DNA of 64,000 nucleotides from Lepidodermella squamata (Eukaryota; Animalia; Gastrotricha): positions 186,001 through 250,000 of the forward strand of contig JBLDXI010000026.1 of assembly GCA_047495785.1 (NCBI GenBank), written 5' to 3'. This document shows positions 23,996-35,950 of this stretch, in pieces; the first letter of the stretch is position 1, and each line of letters opens with the position of its first letter. The notes beneath the pieces were generated by a model. That model was not told the DNA's origin. It saw only the letters and a program-made list of their open reading frames with translations, and made no database searches. The translations under genes and the position numbers were made by a program.

Positions 23996-25947
23996 TTATT
24001 CGTCATCGATACTAGCGAATCCCAATTTTTCGATGTAACTTGGAAAAATACTATCTATTCTGGGATAATTAGACAAGTTCAGAAATGACAAGCCATCAGT
24101 GGTCAGGTGACCAACGATATCAGGCTGTTTCGCAATAATTTTCCGAATGACCCAGACAAAATTCGGCTGTTCCAACATCGCAGCGTGAAGCAGCGATAAC
24201 TGCCGCTTGCCGACTTTGAACAGCAAATTAGCCCCATTTTCAATAAAATAATCAACAATATCTACGGAGGCGAAAATTTCCGTGCCGGTAATTGAGCACG
24301 CGATCGGAATCAAATTACCATCGACGGTAGGACGATTGATGTCATCGCCGAATTTTTCTACAAGAAGTTGAACAACATGCATCCTTTGATAGTAAGCCGC
24401 CGAGTGAATAGGATACCAGCCATCTCTGTTCGGAATGCCAACCAATTCCGGGGCCAAGTTGAGAGCGAATGCGAGGCTAGGAATGACGTACTCTTGCGAA
24501 TTATCGCGAATAGTATATTCGAGAAAATTGAGGCCATCTTCGGTTTTCTCTCGAATATCAACCCCACGCGATAGGAGATACTTGGCAGTTTCGATTTGTT
24601 TCCAACAAATTGCAATGTGAATTGGCCTCGCGCCGTAGATATCCGCCGTATTTACATCGACACTGCATTCTTCAACCAGAAATTTGACGATCTCGACTCG
24701 CCCTAACGCACAAGCTTTGTGGATTGGCTGACAGCCCCAGCTGTTGCTGATTGTTGCGAGTTCGGGTTGTGTTCTCACAAAATGGCGAACGATATCGTCG
24801 GCAGTGACAACCCGTACTGAGAGAGCAGTGAATATGTAATGTTCGTCGGGGTGGCTGGGACAGGCTCTGTCAGCGCCGTTATTTTCGAGTACAATTATCA
24901 TTTCCATGTTCCCTTGAACAATAGCGTGATAGAGCAAGGTTCCGTTTTCATGGACGTGGTTCAGGACGAGTGGAACTAGGGAGGGCGGTGTTGCCTCGCA
25001 GCATTGCCTCAACACTTGCAAATCACCATCCTGGACAGCATTGAGAAACCGCCAATAAGGATACGGAAGCTGAAAAAAATAATCAAATTACAAAATTAGA
25101 CAACATTGGGCTAACTTAAAACTTGAAATAGAAAGCGTTTACACCGGATCTTTAAAACAAATTCAAGGTGTATTTTTTTTTAATTATTTTTGAAACTTGT
25201 TTTTTCGATGCTACATTTTGAGGCCTAATTTTAAATAAGTATGAGACGCATAATGAGCGAATATTGTTTAGCCTGAGTCGGCCGAATATCTCCAATCGAA
25301 TTATTTTGGCCGAATATCTCCAATCGAATTATTTTGCCGATATCGGTAAAATCAGGGATCGATAAATTGAAAATTCCCGATTAACTCATTAATGGAATTC
25401 TGGATTCTGATTTCAGATTAGTGATCGGTTGGCCGTATTGACTAAGAATTTCACATTTTGCGCAACATAAAATTCGATTATACATTAATACTAGTCGATA
25501 ATCCATCAATCGATAACCGAAACCAGCTCAGATCGATGGACCAATAATGATTGCCCAGACCTATCACTGAATCGCATCTTTGAAGTTTTCGGCTCAAACT
25601 CCTCCCACGATATATGGAATAAGAATTTATAGGCAGAAATTGCAACGGTTTGAATGATATTTTTGATTAGGAAGAAAAACATTAAAAATGATCGTGCGAC
25701 ATTTATCATGTCCAATAGTGTCTCTAAGCTCTGCGATGCTAATTTTTACATATCGGTTACTCCTGGGGTGCGAGCTAGCTAGCTCGAAAATGAAAACAGC
25801 GCTTACAAGAAATAGTAGTGATCAAGATTCAACTTAAGACTAAATACAAGTCTAAATTTTCCAATACGCCAATTAAAATCATTGGTAAAATGAACCTACC
25901 TCGCTATCAAAAGGAAACGAATAATGGTTAGTTTTCAATGGAGCCAT
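23996..25947 (-). CDS. Ankyrin-repeat protein 2, tandem paralogue (exons 25947-25900, 25069-23996)
   Basis: Collinear with gene 1 (LPYPYW..., EATPPSL, KQPD). First exon MAPLKTNHYSFPFDSE, also 16 codons. Confidence 0.85.
25278..25337. repeat. Two-copy ~29-bp tandem repeat ggccgaatatctccaatcgaattatttt
   Basis: Directly visible. Confidence 0.8.
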
Positions 25948-26951
25948 CAGATTAACAGTTCTATGCGAGAACGAGAAGAAAAATGAAGGTAAACATCGAA
26001 ATTTAGCTGCTGAAAACGCGATGGAAATCATTGGTCATGGTTGCACTAATTTCGCCCTAGTTTAAGGCGAATAATTTAAAGAACGAGCGGAGGATTGATG
26101 GAAAGTCGGTTAAAATTACATAACCGCTCAACACAAAGCAAGCGGGCGATCGAAAATTAGCACCAGAAACGGTGAGACTTATTACTTAAGCGTTGTTGGC
26201 TCTCGAAACTTTTGAAGATTTAATGTGTAACAGCGGATTTTACCGACATTATATACTAAAAGTGGGAATTAGTAACACAAACCTAAGCCATAAATAACGC
26301 ATTGCATAGCATCCAAGGAAATAAGAAGGAAAATCGGGTAGCTTTCAATAAGGTTAGTCCGATTAACGCTAGGGTCAAAGAAATCAGCGAAACATGACGC
26401 AACGGTTTTGAGAAAATGTCGCACAAATTGAGAACCTGGAAATCTGCTGTAGTATGTCTCGCATTTCTCATGGGCATGGCTCCTAATGAGGATTAGCTAG
26501 CTTAAACTGAAATAATTATACCAAGACGCGGGTGGGTATAATTTCTGCGCGCCTTACGCGCCTTTCGCGCGCATTATCAGGGAACGTTCGCGCTAATGCC
26601 GGCGCACTGGCGAGTAAACCTCCCTTAACTCCGTGCTTGTTTTTGAGTTTAAAGGTTGAAGTAGAACTAATATAAATTGGCTGGGCTAGCGCGAGCCAAA
26701 AAGCACATAGTAAAACTCTCAAATAGGAAAGTCAAAGTTGAAAAGAAAAAATCTGCCTTAATTACACAATTAATTACAATAATCAACGTCGATTTTTAGT
26801 ACGCTGAGACAATGTCTGTTTCGTTGCGATTTGTGGCAATTTGAGAGGTATGACCTCTGTTGAGCTCAAGGTATCCGCTTGAAAACATCTACGCTTATTT
26901 CAGGAGTGACTTCGACAAAGTTCCACGCTCACTTCCACGATGAATCTATTA

Positions 26952-27342
26952 CAGCGTGTCCCATAAGTAACGCAAACAAAGAAAATGAGGAGAAAAGTGA
27001 TCAGAAATTCTAAAATGAGAGGCGAAGTCATATCTCATGTCAAGAAAAATCGTAGACAAATTTTAAAATGCCATGAGCCATGAGAATAGTAATCAAGTAC
27101 CTATGTCACTTGTGAATGGGATTAAAATAATTCGAAGAAATTTGATTCAACCAGGTAAAAACCGAAAATCAACGAATCAGTTACCATTAGGGTTTTCAGG
27201 GTTTCCTCCGATGAGTTTTATATATTTTTCGTGAAAAAATCGTGTATAAAGGATAGAAGATTCTGTCAGTGGGATTAATTTCAAAAAATTAGTTCAATTT
27301 TCGTCAAATATTTGCAAAATTAGCAACTTATCGGACACGATC
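26952..27342. mobile_element. Probable Tc1/mariner-type MITE
   Basis: TA-cagcgtgtcccataagt ... acttatcggacacgatc-TA imperfect TIRs. Confidence 0.4.
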
Positions 27343-27812
27343 TACTTATAGTGGTTTGATTCAGCTTATAAAAAAAGGCGAGAGCTATGTAGCGGGCCGA
27401 TGTGATGCTACATTGTCAAGATTATAGTCCGCTCCGACCAATGAGATCTGCAAATCCATAGGATTACGAAAGCCGCGTCTGCAGGGAAACATTCAATTGG
27501 AAATTAGCAGGAATCGCAGCTATAAATCGGCAAGGACAGTAAGGAGGGATTACGCTTGAGAACTATGACTTCAAGAGATGAAAGCAAGGGGTCAGAATAT
27601 TTCCAGCGCTAAAAATTAGGTTCAAGCACTAAAATTAAGCGCCCTGGCACTAAATTTTTCACATTCTTTGTGATTTCGGCGTTTCCGGTTTTTTATTGAT
27701 ACTGATCAGATGCCCTCCCTGATCCTAGGATTTTTTATTTTAGTTGCATGGTGCCCTAAGCTACGTAGAAAAATGATCGAAGTTGGGTTCCAAGACGACT
27801 GGTGTCGGGATA

Positions 27813-27895
27813 TCACTGATTTGTAAAATCGATACATGAAATCGATATCGGCTCTATATGATGAAGTATAATTCCTAATGACCGATTAAAGCGAA
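27813..27895. repeat. Dispersed repeat (other copies at 61555-61640 and, inverted, 23064-23094)
   Basis: tcactgatttgtaaaat...gaaatcgatatcggctcta is shared between the copies. Confidence 0.75.
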
Positions 27896-28498
27896 AAAAG
27901 TTATAATAACAATAAATTGAGATTCTAGTAAGGACTAGAAAACTCGAAAACCCGTATTTAGGGGAAATCTAGGGCTTGAACCCTGAATTTGGGTTGCGCA
28001 CTTGGCACACCCAAAAGCAAGCTCTTCCTCATAGGCATTTAAAAAATTTCAACAGCCATTGTTTCGACTAGTAACACCGATGGAGTCTTGAATTTTGGCC
28101 AACATTTCAATGGACTTTCTTTCCTAGCCCTCAAATCAGGCTGATCAACAGGTAAAAACTTACCTCACTTCCGAATGCCTACGGAGGCTGAGACGGCAGG
28201 CGTAAAACATCATAGCTGAACAGCATCGACTTTTGCAAATGAAAACTAAATTTCGCAGAATTTCGGCAAAAAACGTTAAACACTAACGAATCGGAGAAAT
28301 TGGCTTTCCGCATTCACAGTTTTATAAAATCTAAGACGAAAACGTCAAGTACGATCAGATTTTATTCATTTTGCATAGTATAAAAAAGTAGGTATTTCCC
28401 TTCAATTGATATTCCAAGAAATTAATAATAAGCACAAATTGGTAATTTAATCATTATTTATATGGAATACATGGCACGGGGTAAAATTGCGCAAATTC

Positions 28499-30076
28499 TC
28501 AGTTCGGATTGGAAGAGAGCGAAGCTGATTTCTGTTCCAGCAGCTCTGCAACAGCCTCCTTATTTTCACTTCTTGCGTATTCAATAGGCGTGTTCCCGTT
28601 TTCATCAAGAACATTGATTAAATCTGGTTTTCGCTCCAGCAGCGTCTCAATCAAGTCCAGCTTATTTCGATCAACGGCGAGGTGGAGCAGCGAGAGAGAA
28701 TGCATCGTGACTTGGATGGTCAGATCAGCACCTTTTTCGATCAGATAATTAATAGCTTCTGTTGGCGTGTGCCGGCTACCAACTGCACACGCCAGGGGAG
28801 TCCAGTTACAGTCCTCGTTTTTAATATCAAAATCTTGACCACATTCTTCAACAAAAAATTTGAGTAATTCGACATGATTTCCTTCAGCAGCCGAGTGAAT
28901 GGGCATACAACAATTTCCATCTTCCAAATCAATTAATTCCGGCTCCATGCGATGTAGATACCGAACGATTTCAGTGAACCCCCAGTGAGCTGCCCAGTGA
29001 TAGGCAGTTCGGTTGAAATCGCCGTCTTCCGCAAAAAGATCAGCCCCATTTTCAGCTAGAAATTTAACAATTTCAAAATGACCACTCATCGCAGCTAAAT
29101 GAAGCGGAGTTCTCTCGTCCTCGCCTGTGATATTGACGTCACATTTTCCCTCGCCGATCAAGTATTCGACGATGTCTAGCATGCCGCGACACGCAGCCAG
29201 GTGAACTGGCGCGTTTCCGTCGGAATCAGTCATTTGAGCGAGATCAGGGCACTTTTCAGCGCAATATTTGACCAAATCTAGCGATCCTCGAGCACACGCC
29301 AAGTGCATGATAGTTTGATCATCATTTCCAACAGACTCAATCGGAACTTGTTTCTCCTCGATAAAATACCGAACGTACTCAATATCTCCAAGCATTGCAG
29401 ACAAATGAATCGCCATATTATCCTCATTATCCCGAATTTGAATCATCGAAGGAAAGCTCTCACTGAAGTAGGAAATTAGAGAATATTCCGAGGCATTGGC
29501 TGAGCAATGGAGCGCAGATCGACCTTCACGGTTCAAGGCATCGGGTAGCACGTTTTTTTCATCGATTAAATACGTCACAACTTCTAACTGGCCTCCGGTG
29601 GCAGCGCGGTGTAAAGCCGTATTACCAGCATCATCGCTGATCTCGAGCATATCCGGGTAAGATTCAACAAGCAACCTCACAATATCTAAATGGCCACGCT
29701 CGGCCGCAATGTGAATAGCCTGAGAAGAATTTTCGTCACTACTTTCAGCATAAGGATCAGCATTAAGTTCATCGATGAAATATTTGACGATTTCGACATG
29801 TCCATTAGTGACAGCTCGGATGAAGTATGTAAGTCCGCCAGCGTCCAAATGCTCCATTACAAGTGTGTAAGTAATGCTGCCGGGAGAAATGTCAGCCAGC
29901 AATTGACGACAAACGAGCAGATTTCCATTTTCTACAGCCCAGTAAAGCCGAGACAATAAATTAGCAACCTGCAATGGCATAAAGCATGAGAAATAACTTT
30001 GACAAATTAAACTTCTCAAACTTACGGTTTGAATATAATCAGGCAAGCGAATGCATGATTTCTCATCGGGCGGCAT
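28499..30076 (-). CDS. Ankyrin-repeat protein 3 (~13 repeats; probable in-frame 57-nt intron 29969-30025)
   Basis: Canonical ANK repeats (TALHRAATGG, TPLHLAAMSGH, TPIEYA). GTAAG...TGCAG intron after 17 codons. Confidence 0.9.
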   Translation of the reverse strand: MPPDEKSCIRLPDYIQTVSLRSLICQSYFSCFMPLQVANLLSRLYWAVENGNLLVCRQLLADISPGSITYTLVMEHLDAGGLTYFIRAVTNGHVEIVKYFIDELNADPYAESSDENSSQAIHIAAERGHLDIVRLLVESYPDMLEISDDAGNTALHRAATGGQLEVVTYLIDEKNVLPDALNREGRSALHCSANASEYSLISYFSESFPSMIQIRDNEDNMAIHLSAMLGDIEYVRYFIEEKQVPIESVGNDDQTIMHLACARGSLDLVKYCAEKCPDLAQMTDSDGNAPVHLAACRGMLDIVEYLIGEGKCDVNITGEDERTPLHLAAMSGHFEIVKFLAENGADLFAEDGDFNRTAYHWAAHWGFTEIVRYLHRMEPELIDLEDGNCCMPIHSAAEGNHVELLKFFVEECGQDFDIKNEDCNWTPLACAVGSRHTPTEAINYLIEKGADLTIQVTMHSLSLLHLAVDRNKLDLIETLLERKPDLINVLDENGNTPIEYARSENKEAVAELLEQKSASLSSNPN

Positions 30077-33000
30077 GATTTAAATTTAAAGAGGCAAATA
30101 CTATCAAAGATGAATATTGATAAATAAACTGCAGTTCGTTACAAAATGTCAGGAACAATAAATCAGATCCTGAAATAGTACTTGAATGCCGTGTCACTTA
30201 TTTCTGTCTTATGTCTTCATTAGTTCTAGGTTCCAGACTAGATACAGATTGGTGAAATACAGAAATATAACACGTTCCTCTCTTCGCTATCCTGATAAAA
30301 AGAGGAAAGCGTGCTCTTAACTGAAAAATCTCTGTTGGCAAAAGCAGGGACAAATCTGGAAAATCAGTTTAACGCATTAGCAGTTATCTCAGTAGCAAAA
30401 AGAAAAACAAGCGACCAACTGTTAAATTTCTATCATGAGCTTTCCTTTTCCAAGCAGCACAACTTCCGACAGCAGGCTTGGAGTCAAGTAAGTAAAGCAG
30501 GTAGCAGGTCCTCAGATACCTAGAATCATCTACTGATAATCCAACGGCCAACAGTACAACTGTTGATGCTTGAATGCATGGAACCGATTTGTTTAGTATA
30601 ATATGTCCAACACGACGTCGATTCAATCACACGAAAAGAAAGCGAGCAATTCAGATTTAAGACCATCTTATTATTATCCTATTATCTGACGGCGGACGGG
30701 TAGTTATTAGTTATCATCTTACTATTCACGTCCATTTTCGAAGATCAGGGAGTCATGCTCACAGTTCGCCAGTTTGAAAAAATGCACGATGATTGAGCCT
30801 CGTAAATAGTCATCATATCCAGCCTTATAAAGTCACAAGCTTCAAGCTTCCATTAAGAAATAAGTTAGGAGCTAGGTAGCCGCCATGCTAGTTTCACTCA
30901 TATCGCAACACGCAACGCGATTTTGCGGGAAACTGAATGATTGAAGCTTTGTTCAACTTGATGCCTTAGCTGGAAGCCGGGGGCACGATGCACCCGTCGA
31001 CGTGACCCGTCCGTCTGCGCGGGCGGCGGGCGCTGCATGTAACACCGCAAGCCGCATCACGAAAATGTGCAGTATGGTACCAGCGAAAACTAAAATTCAC
31101 CGCCAGACTAACGTAATGGGCGGGTTCGAGTACACGATTTCAAAAATTTCATTTTCGTTTTCAGCATTTTAAGAAAAATATTTAATTTAAAATAAATCAA
31201 TCTACAGCAATTAAGGCAAATTATTGAACATAATTTGTTGCATGCGAATTAAGCCTATTTCACGATCGTGGCGCAGCATAAGGTCATAACTCATTTCCCC
31301 TACCGCAAAAGGGCGCTTTAACCTCATTTTTAGCGAAATCAGCTAGAAATTTCCTTTCATGTTATTCCTTTCGATATACAGAAGATGCGCGGGCCCCAGA
31401 CCTTTCTTGATGGCTGACAAAGTCACGTCAACTTTTGTCAACTTGTCATTTTTCGATGAGCGCCCGTCAACTGCTTTTCGGCTGTAATGGTGCATCTGGA
31501 GCACATCTGGCATTGTGAATATTGATGCTTACGAGCCATATTCAAGCCCGAACCATCTCTACAATAGTTGCTCGTCGCTGAACACGACATTACGTTCATT
31601 CAATGCTCTGCTGACACTGCGCGATGTTTACACCCTAACCGTTCAATCTGTGTAAGTGTTGAATTCCTGTGCTTCTGTTTAACTGAGAGCCATATAGACG
31701 TCGCAAACGACCGAAGTTGTTGGGAAATTCTCATAAAATATTTCGGGTTTTATTAAGAAACAGACCGATTTAAGACCCTATCAACCTTTATTGCAACGAG
31801 TAAACATTGTTTCAAGCCACGTCAAGTGAGCTTAATGTCGGCGGTTTTCATGGATTCTTCCAGACTCTTCCTGGTTGATTAATTCAGATTTTAGTTTTGC
31901 AGAAAAAGGAAGCCTGTGTTTTTAAGCAGTTACAATAAAAAAACGAATCAGTTGCTCTAAAGTGATCGAATTGGTATTAGACTAGAATTTAGTATAATGT
32001 TCTTCTAATTTCGGTTTGCATTCCCGAAATGATTTCAGCTTGATCATTGACCATTGATCTCTCCAGCCGAATCCAGGAAATCTCCTGCTAAGGTAGATAG
32101 GAGAATCAATTGCTTGAGGCAGCTGCTCTTGTTGAACGCATTGCTGAGGCTGAGCAAACTGGGCTGGCTGAGCAAACTGGGCTGGCTGAGCATACTTCCG
32201 ATGCTGAGGGATTCCGGCTTGAAGATCGTACTGCGGAGGCTTAGCAGAGGCTGCGTAAAGGCAAGTAAGCTTGCCGTCAATATATGCCGGAGCTGGTAGT
32301 TGCTGCTGAACAGGTTGGTTGAAGGTTGAAGGTTGACGGGCATCTGCGCGCGGTTAAGCGACAGGCAGCTGAACAGCTTGATGTTTAATGAATGCTGCGC
32401 TTTTGGAAACAATTTCGTCGGTAAATCAGCCACGCCATCTCCTATCTTTTCAGTGAGGCCTGATGACAGCGTCTTCAGCTTCAGCTTGATGTTATCCGTA
32501 ACTCCGAGCTCATGCATGCGCGCTACCACCGGCGACAGCCTCACCGGCCCTGGTCCTCTGGGCAGAAGCGCGAACGGACAGAGCGATAAGCAGCGGCGGC
32601 TCGAGCAAACGGTCGTGGCGAAAGCGGATTTTATGGAAGGCGTTGGTGATACTCGGAGCAACACAGTCAAGCTGGATCGTAGCCGAACTAGCATTGAAAG
32701 CGGTGTCTCCAATAGGGCTGGCCATAGATTTTCAGAATCCCGCAAGGGTTTTAATATTTAAAGCATCAAAATAATCTATACAGAGGGTTAATAATGTTCC
32801 TTTGATGGTCATTTTGAGCAAAATGCTGTTAATTAATTTCAAAGTTGATAAGCTTGGCTCTTGGTTCCCAATTAAGATGAATAATGGAAAGGTAGTCCGT
32901 TGGGATTGGCATTGGCCAGAATCCGTTTTCAAAGATAGTTTTCAAAAACATCGAGGCTAACTTTAGTTGTTCATAAATAAAGGATACAATTTCGTTAAGT

Positions 33001-33328
33001 CGTCGTGTTGCATTTGAAAGGAGCCGCTTTATCATTGGAATATCATGTAAATATTATTCAATTAATATTATAACAAGGTACTGGCTGGCTCCTTTTAAAC
33101 GCGACGCGACGAAATCGGCAAGTCAGATAGTTTCTGGCGCAGTTTGCCCGTTCTCAATAGAGAGATAAACTAAAAAAGTCGCAGTTCCGACGTCCGATCA
33201 CAAAAGATCCTACTATCCGATACATCTCGAACAAGTTGTTTATTCTGCTCGGGCTAACTTATCGTGAGTGGGTTTGTAATTAAGATGGATAGCTTTGAAC
33301 AAGTTTCGAAGTCGGTAGATTAATTGAA

Positions 33329-33745
33329 AAACAACGGCTTAATTACCTAGGACATATAATAAGGATGGAAACGTATGTCGATGATAAGGGTGACCTGATA
33401 CCACCGGGGCCAGTATACGACCTTTACAGGTGGGTAGCGCCTAAGGAATGGCAAAGACCGGTGGGGAGAGCTCGAACTAGGTGGCTAGATTCGGTAGAAA
33501 GAAGTCTGAGAAGAGTGGGTCTTACAACCGAAAATATAATAAGGAAAAAAACTGACGGGTCCCGTGGAAGACCTCGTAAAGATGGTAGCAATATAACCGA
33601 AATTATCGAAATAACTGTTGACTGGACATTGACCGAAACAACTGCACTAGATCGAGACGAATGGCGTAAAATTGTCGAGACTTTGGAAAATTTTGAATTT
33701 TACAACAAAAGCAAGATACTTTCGGACGTGGAGGCGGGTGACTGA
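33329..33745 (+). mobile_element. RTE-type LINE 3' fragment (region C-terminal to RT)
   Basis: 'RLNYLGHIIRM...RPVGRARTRWLDSV...TALDRDEWRKIV' matches the RTE C-terminal consensus LxWxGHxxRM..GRPRxRWxDxV..AxDRxxWR. Confidence 0.75.
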
Positions 33746-33829
33746 TTCGTTTGGTTTGGTTTGCCTTCGCCTTCCTCAAAACCCGAAAGGGTATAGACAC
33801 TCAGTCGCGGGGAAGAGAAACAAATAAAT

Positions 33830-35120
33830 CATTTTCAGCTTTGAACAAGTTTCTTCTTGCTCCGAAGAGAGCTTGTGAAAAAGGGCGACAATGTTAAGTT
33901 TTTCTAAACGCAAAGTCCTGCTTCGCGAAGCACTTCGAAACGTTGTAAATTCTTATTAGCCAAGGCACGGGTTCGAATTAAAGCCCATTAACTCTTGTCC
34001 AAACAATGCGTCACACATATCATTGCGGGGATTCCTGGTCCGCTGGGTCCGGTAGATATTCAGCATTGTTTACGCGCGATAAGCTACGACAACCTATTTC
34101 AAAACTCCTAACGGTGTTTGATATAACGGCCCCTTAGAGACCTTAGGGAGAGCCTTGGAGCCTTGGAGCCTGGGAGCCTTAAAGCCGTAGATGCCAACAG
34201 GGTTTATCCGTGATTTTTGGCACCGTATTTAATAAAGGATCCAGCATCTATTCCGGAAAAGTCTCTAATGGCTTTTCATTGTAGCGCCCATAAATTGATC
34301 AAGAACGAGGCTAGTCATCAAAATCGATAGCAAAAACGTGAAGGTTTGACCTCTGAAGTTACCTCTGAAGAAGTTTCCACTTGAGAAAAGTTTTGCCAAA
34401 CGTAATCCTATCCTGCTTCGCGAATTACTTCGAAAGGCCGTTTATTAAAAGGTTTATTAGTCAAGGCACGGCGGGTTTTAATTGAGCGCGTCGATTGAAA
34501 AGCGATTGAAAAGCGGATGATCCCAGGCAGGCGTGTCATCATCCATGAGAGAAAGAAGAACGCTTTCAATATAAATTCAGCTATGAGTTAAGTTTTTCAG
34601 ATCAAAGGATCCAGCATCCAGCCAGGTCACGGCTCAGCACAGTCATTTCATCGTGAATCATCGTCAGACTAATATCTCGACAACATTCATTAAATGCTAG
34701 AATTACATAGTTGCCATTAATTGTTTCCGATACTTCAGCCAGAAAAAGTATTCAGAAAAAGTATTCAGAAAAAGTATTCATAAAAAGTATTCAGAAAGTA
34801 TTCAGCCAGATACTTTCAGCCAGAAATGTAGCGGAAGAACCTTGGAGCTTGGGAAGAAGTTTTGACTTGGGAAAATAACTTCCCCAAACTTATAATACTC
34901 TGCTTCGCGAAGTACTTCGAAAGCCCGTTAGTTAAAAGGCTTATTTTTTAACAAGGGCACACGAGTTGATTAAGCTCATTGATTAAAAAGCGTAGCCATT
35001 CCCGGGATGATCCCAGGCATAGAGGGTCATCATGTCTAAGAATCAGCTGAACGTTGCTATCTAAGACATTGCAGCTGAGCAATAAAGTTTTTCGGGTATA
35101 AGGAGGATTCCCGATACTTT
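33830..35120. repeat. Three diverged ~490-bp units containing internal 8-9 bp and 13-bp tandem repeats
   Basis: Core ctgcttcgcgaa(g/t)(c/t)acttcgaaa at 33918, 34413 and 34900. (cagaaaaagtatt)x~5 at 34740-34803. Confidence 0.75.
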
Positions 35121-35763
35121 AAGGGCATAAACTGAAGTTTCCATGTTCTCTGGAATAAAGGATTCAACTTCGTGAGGTTCTTCGGAACAGCTCTTCGTGT
35201 CTTAAAACTAGCCAAGTCCGGGCTCCGTAATTAAGATCGATAAATGAAATGCTTAGCCACTCCAATAAAAAGATGTTCAAGGTCTGTCAAACTCTGAGGG
35301 TAGTTTCCCCAGGTTTCCCACCGTAAAGGCTTTCAAAAAAATCGGGACCAACTAAAGGTTTTGAATGCTCGCAGCTCGCAATCGAGAATCTGCTGACCTC
35401 CTCAATGTAAGACTCTTGGAATCTGAGTCAAATATTCTTAAATATATTAAAGCAAACTATAAGGCTTTCCTAGTTGGATAAGTAGTCAGTTCTCTAGTTG
35501 GAAAGATTCTTAACTTGATTACGTAGCACGTAGCCTATCTAGTTAGGAATACCTTGAACCCCGAAATAAGAGGCGGAGCCGAAATACTCCCTCGATAGAA
35601 GTGCCCTGGTTAAAGGCACGTTCCCTTATCTAGGACTGTTTACGATCGAAAAGGGTTAACGCCCCTGGCGGTGCCAATTTTCGTCATTTTGGTACCAAAT
35701 GTTCGGCGAACAAAATAGATGACTGACTCATGTCGCCAAAGCCCCACGGAAACGTCGTAGAAT

Positions 35764-35950
35764 CGTTAGCGTCGTTGAATAACTCGGATTTAGGCTTGTT
35801 TACATCCGTTTCAAGGTGACGGGTGACAAGTAAAAAGTGGCGTTTTTTAACGTTAATGAAGAGGCAAAACAAAAGACTTTTTCCTTGTCACCCGTCACCT
35901 TGAAACGGATGTAAACAAGCCTAAATCCGAGTTATTCAACGACGCTAACG
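35764..35950. mobile_element. 187-bp foldback element (MITE-like) with 75-bp inverted arms
   Basis: Arms 35764-35838 and 35876-35950 differ at one base; GAAT directly flanks both ends. Confidence 0.7.

Noticed and set aside
33918-34925. Hammerhead ribozyme or heat-shock elements in the ~490-bp repeat core
   Set aside because: No CUGANGA core, and the TTC/GAA spacing is not the canonical nGAAn array.
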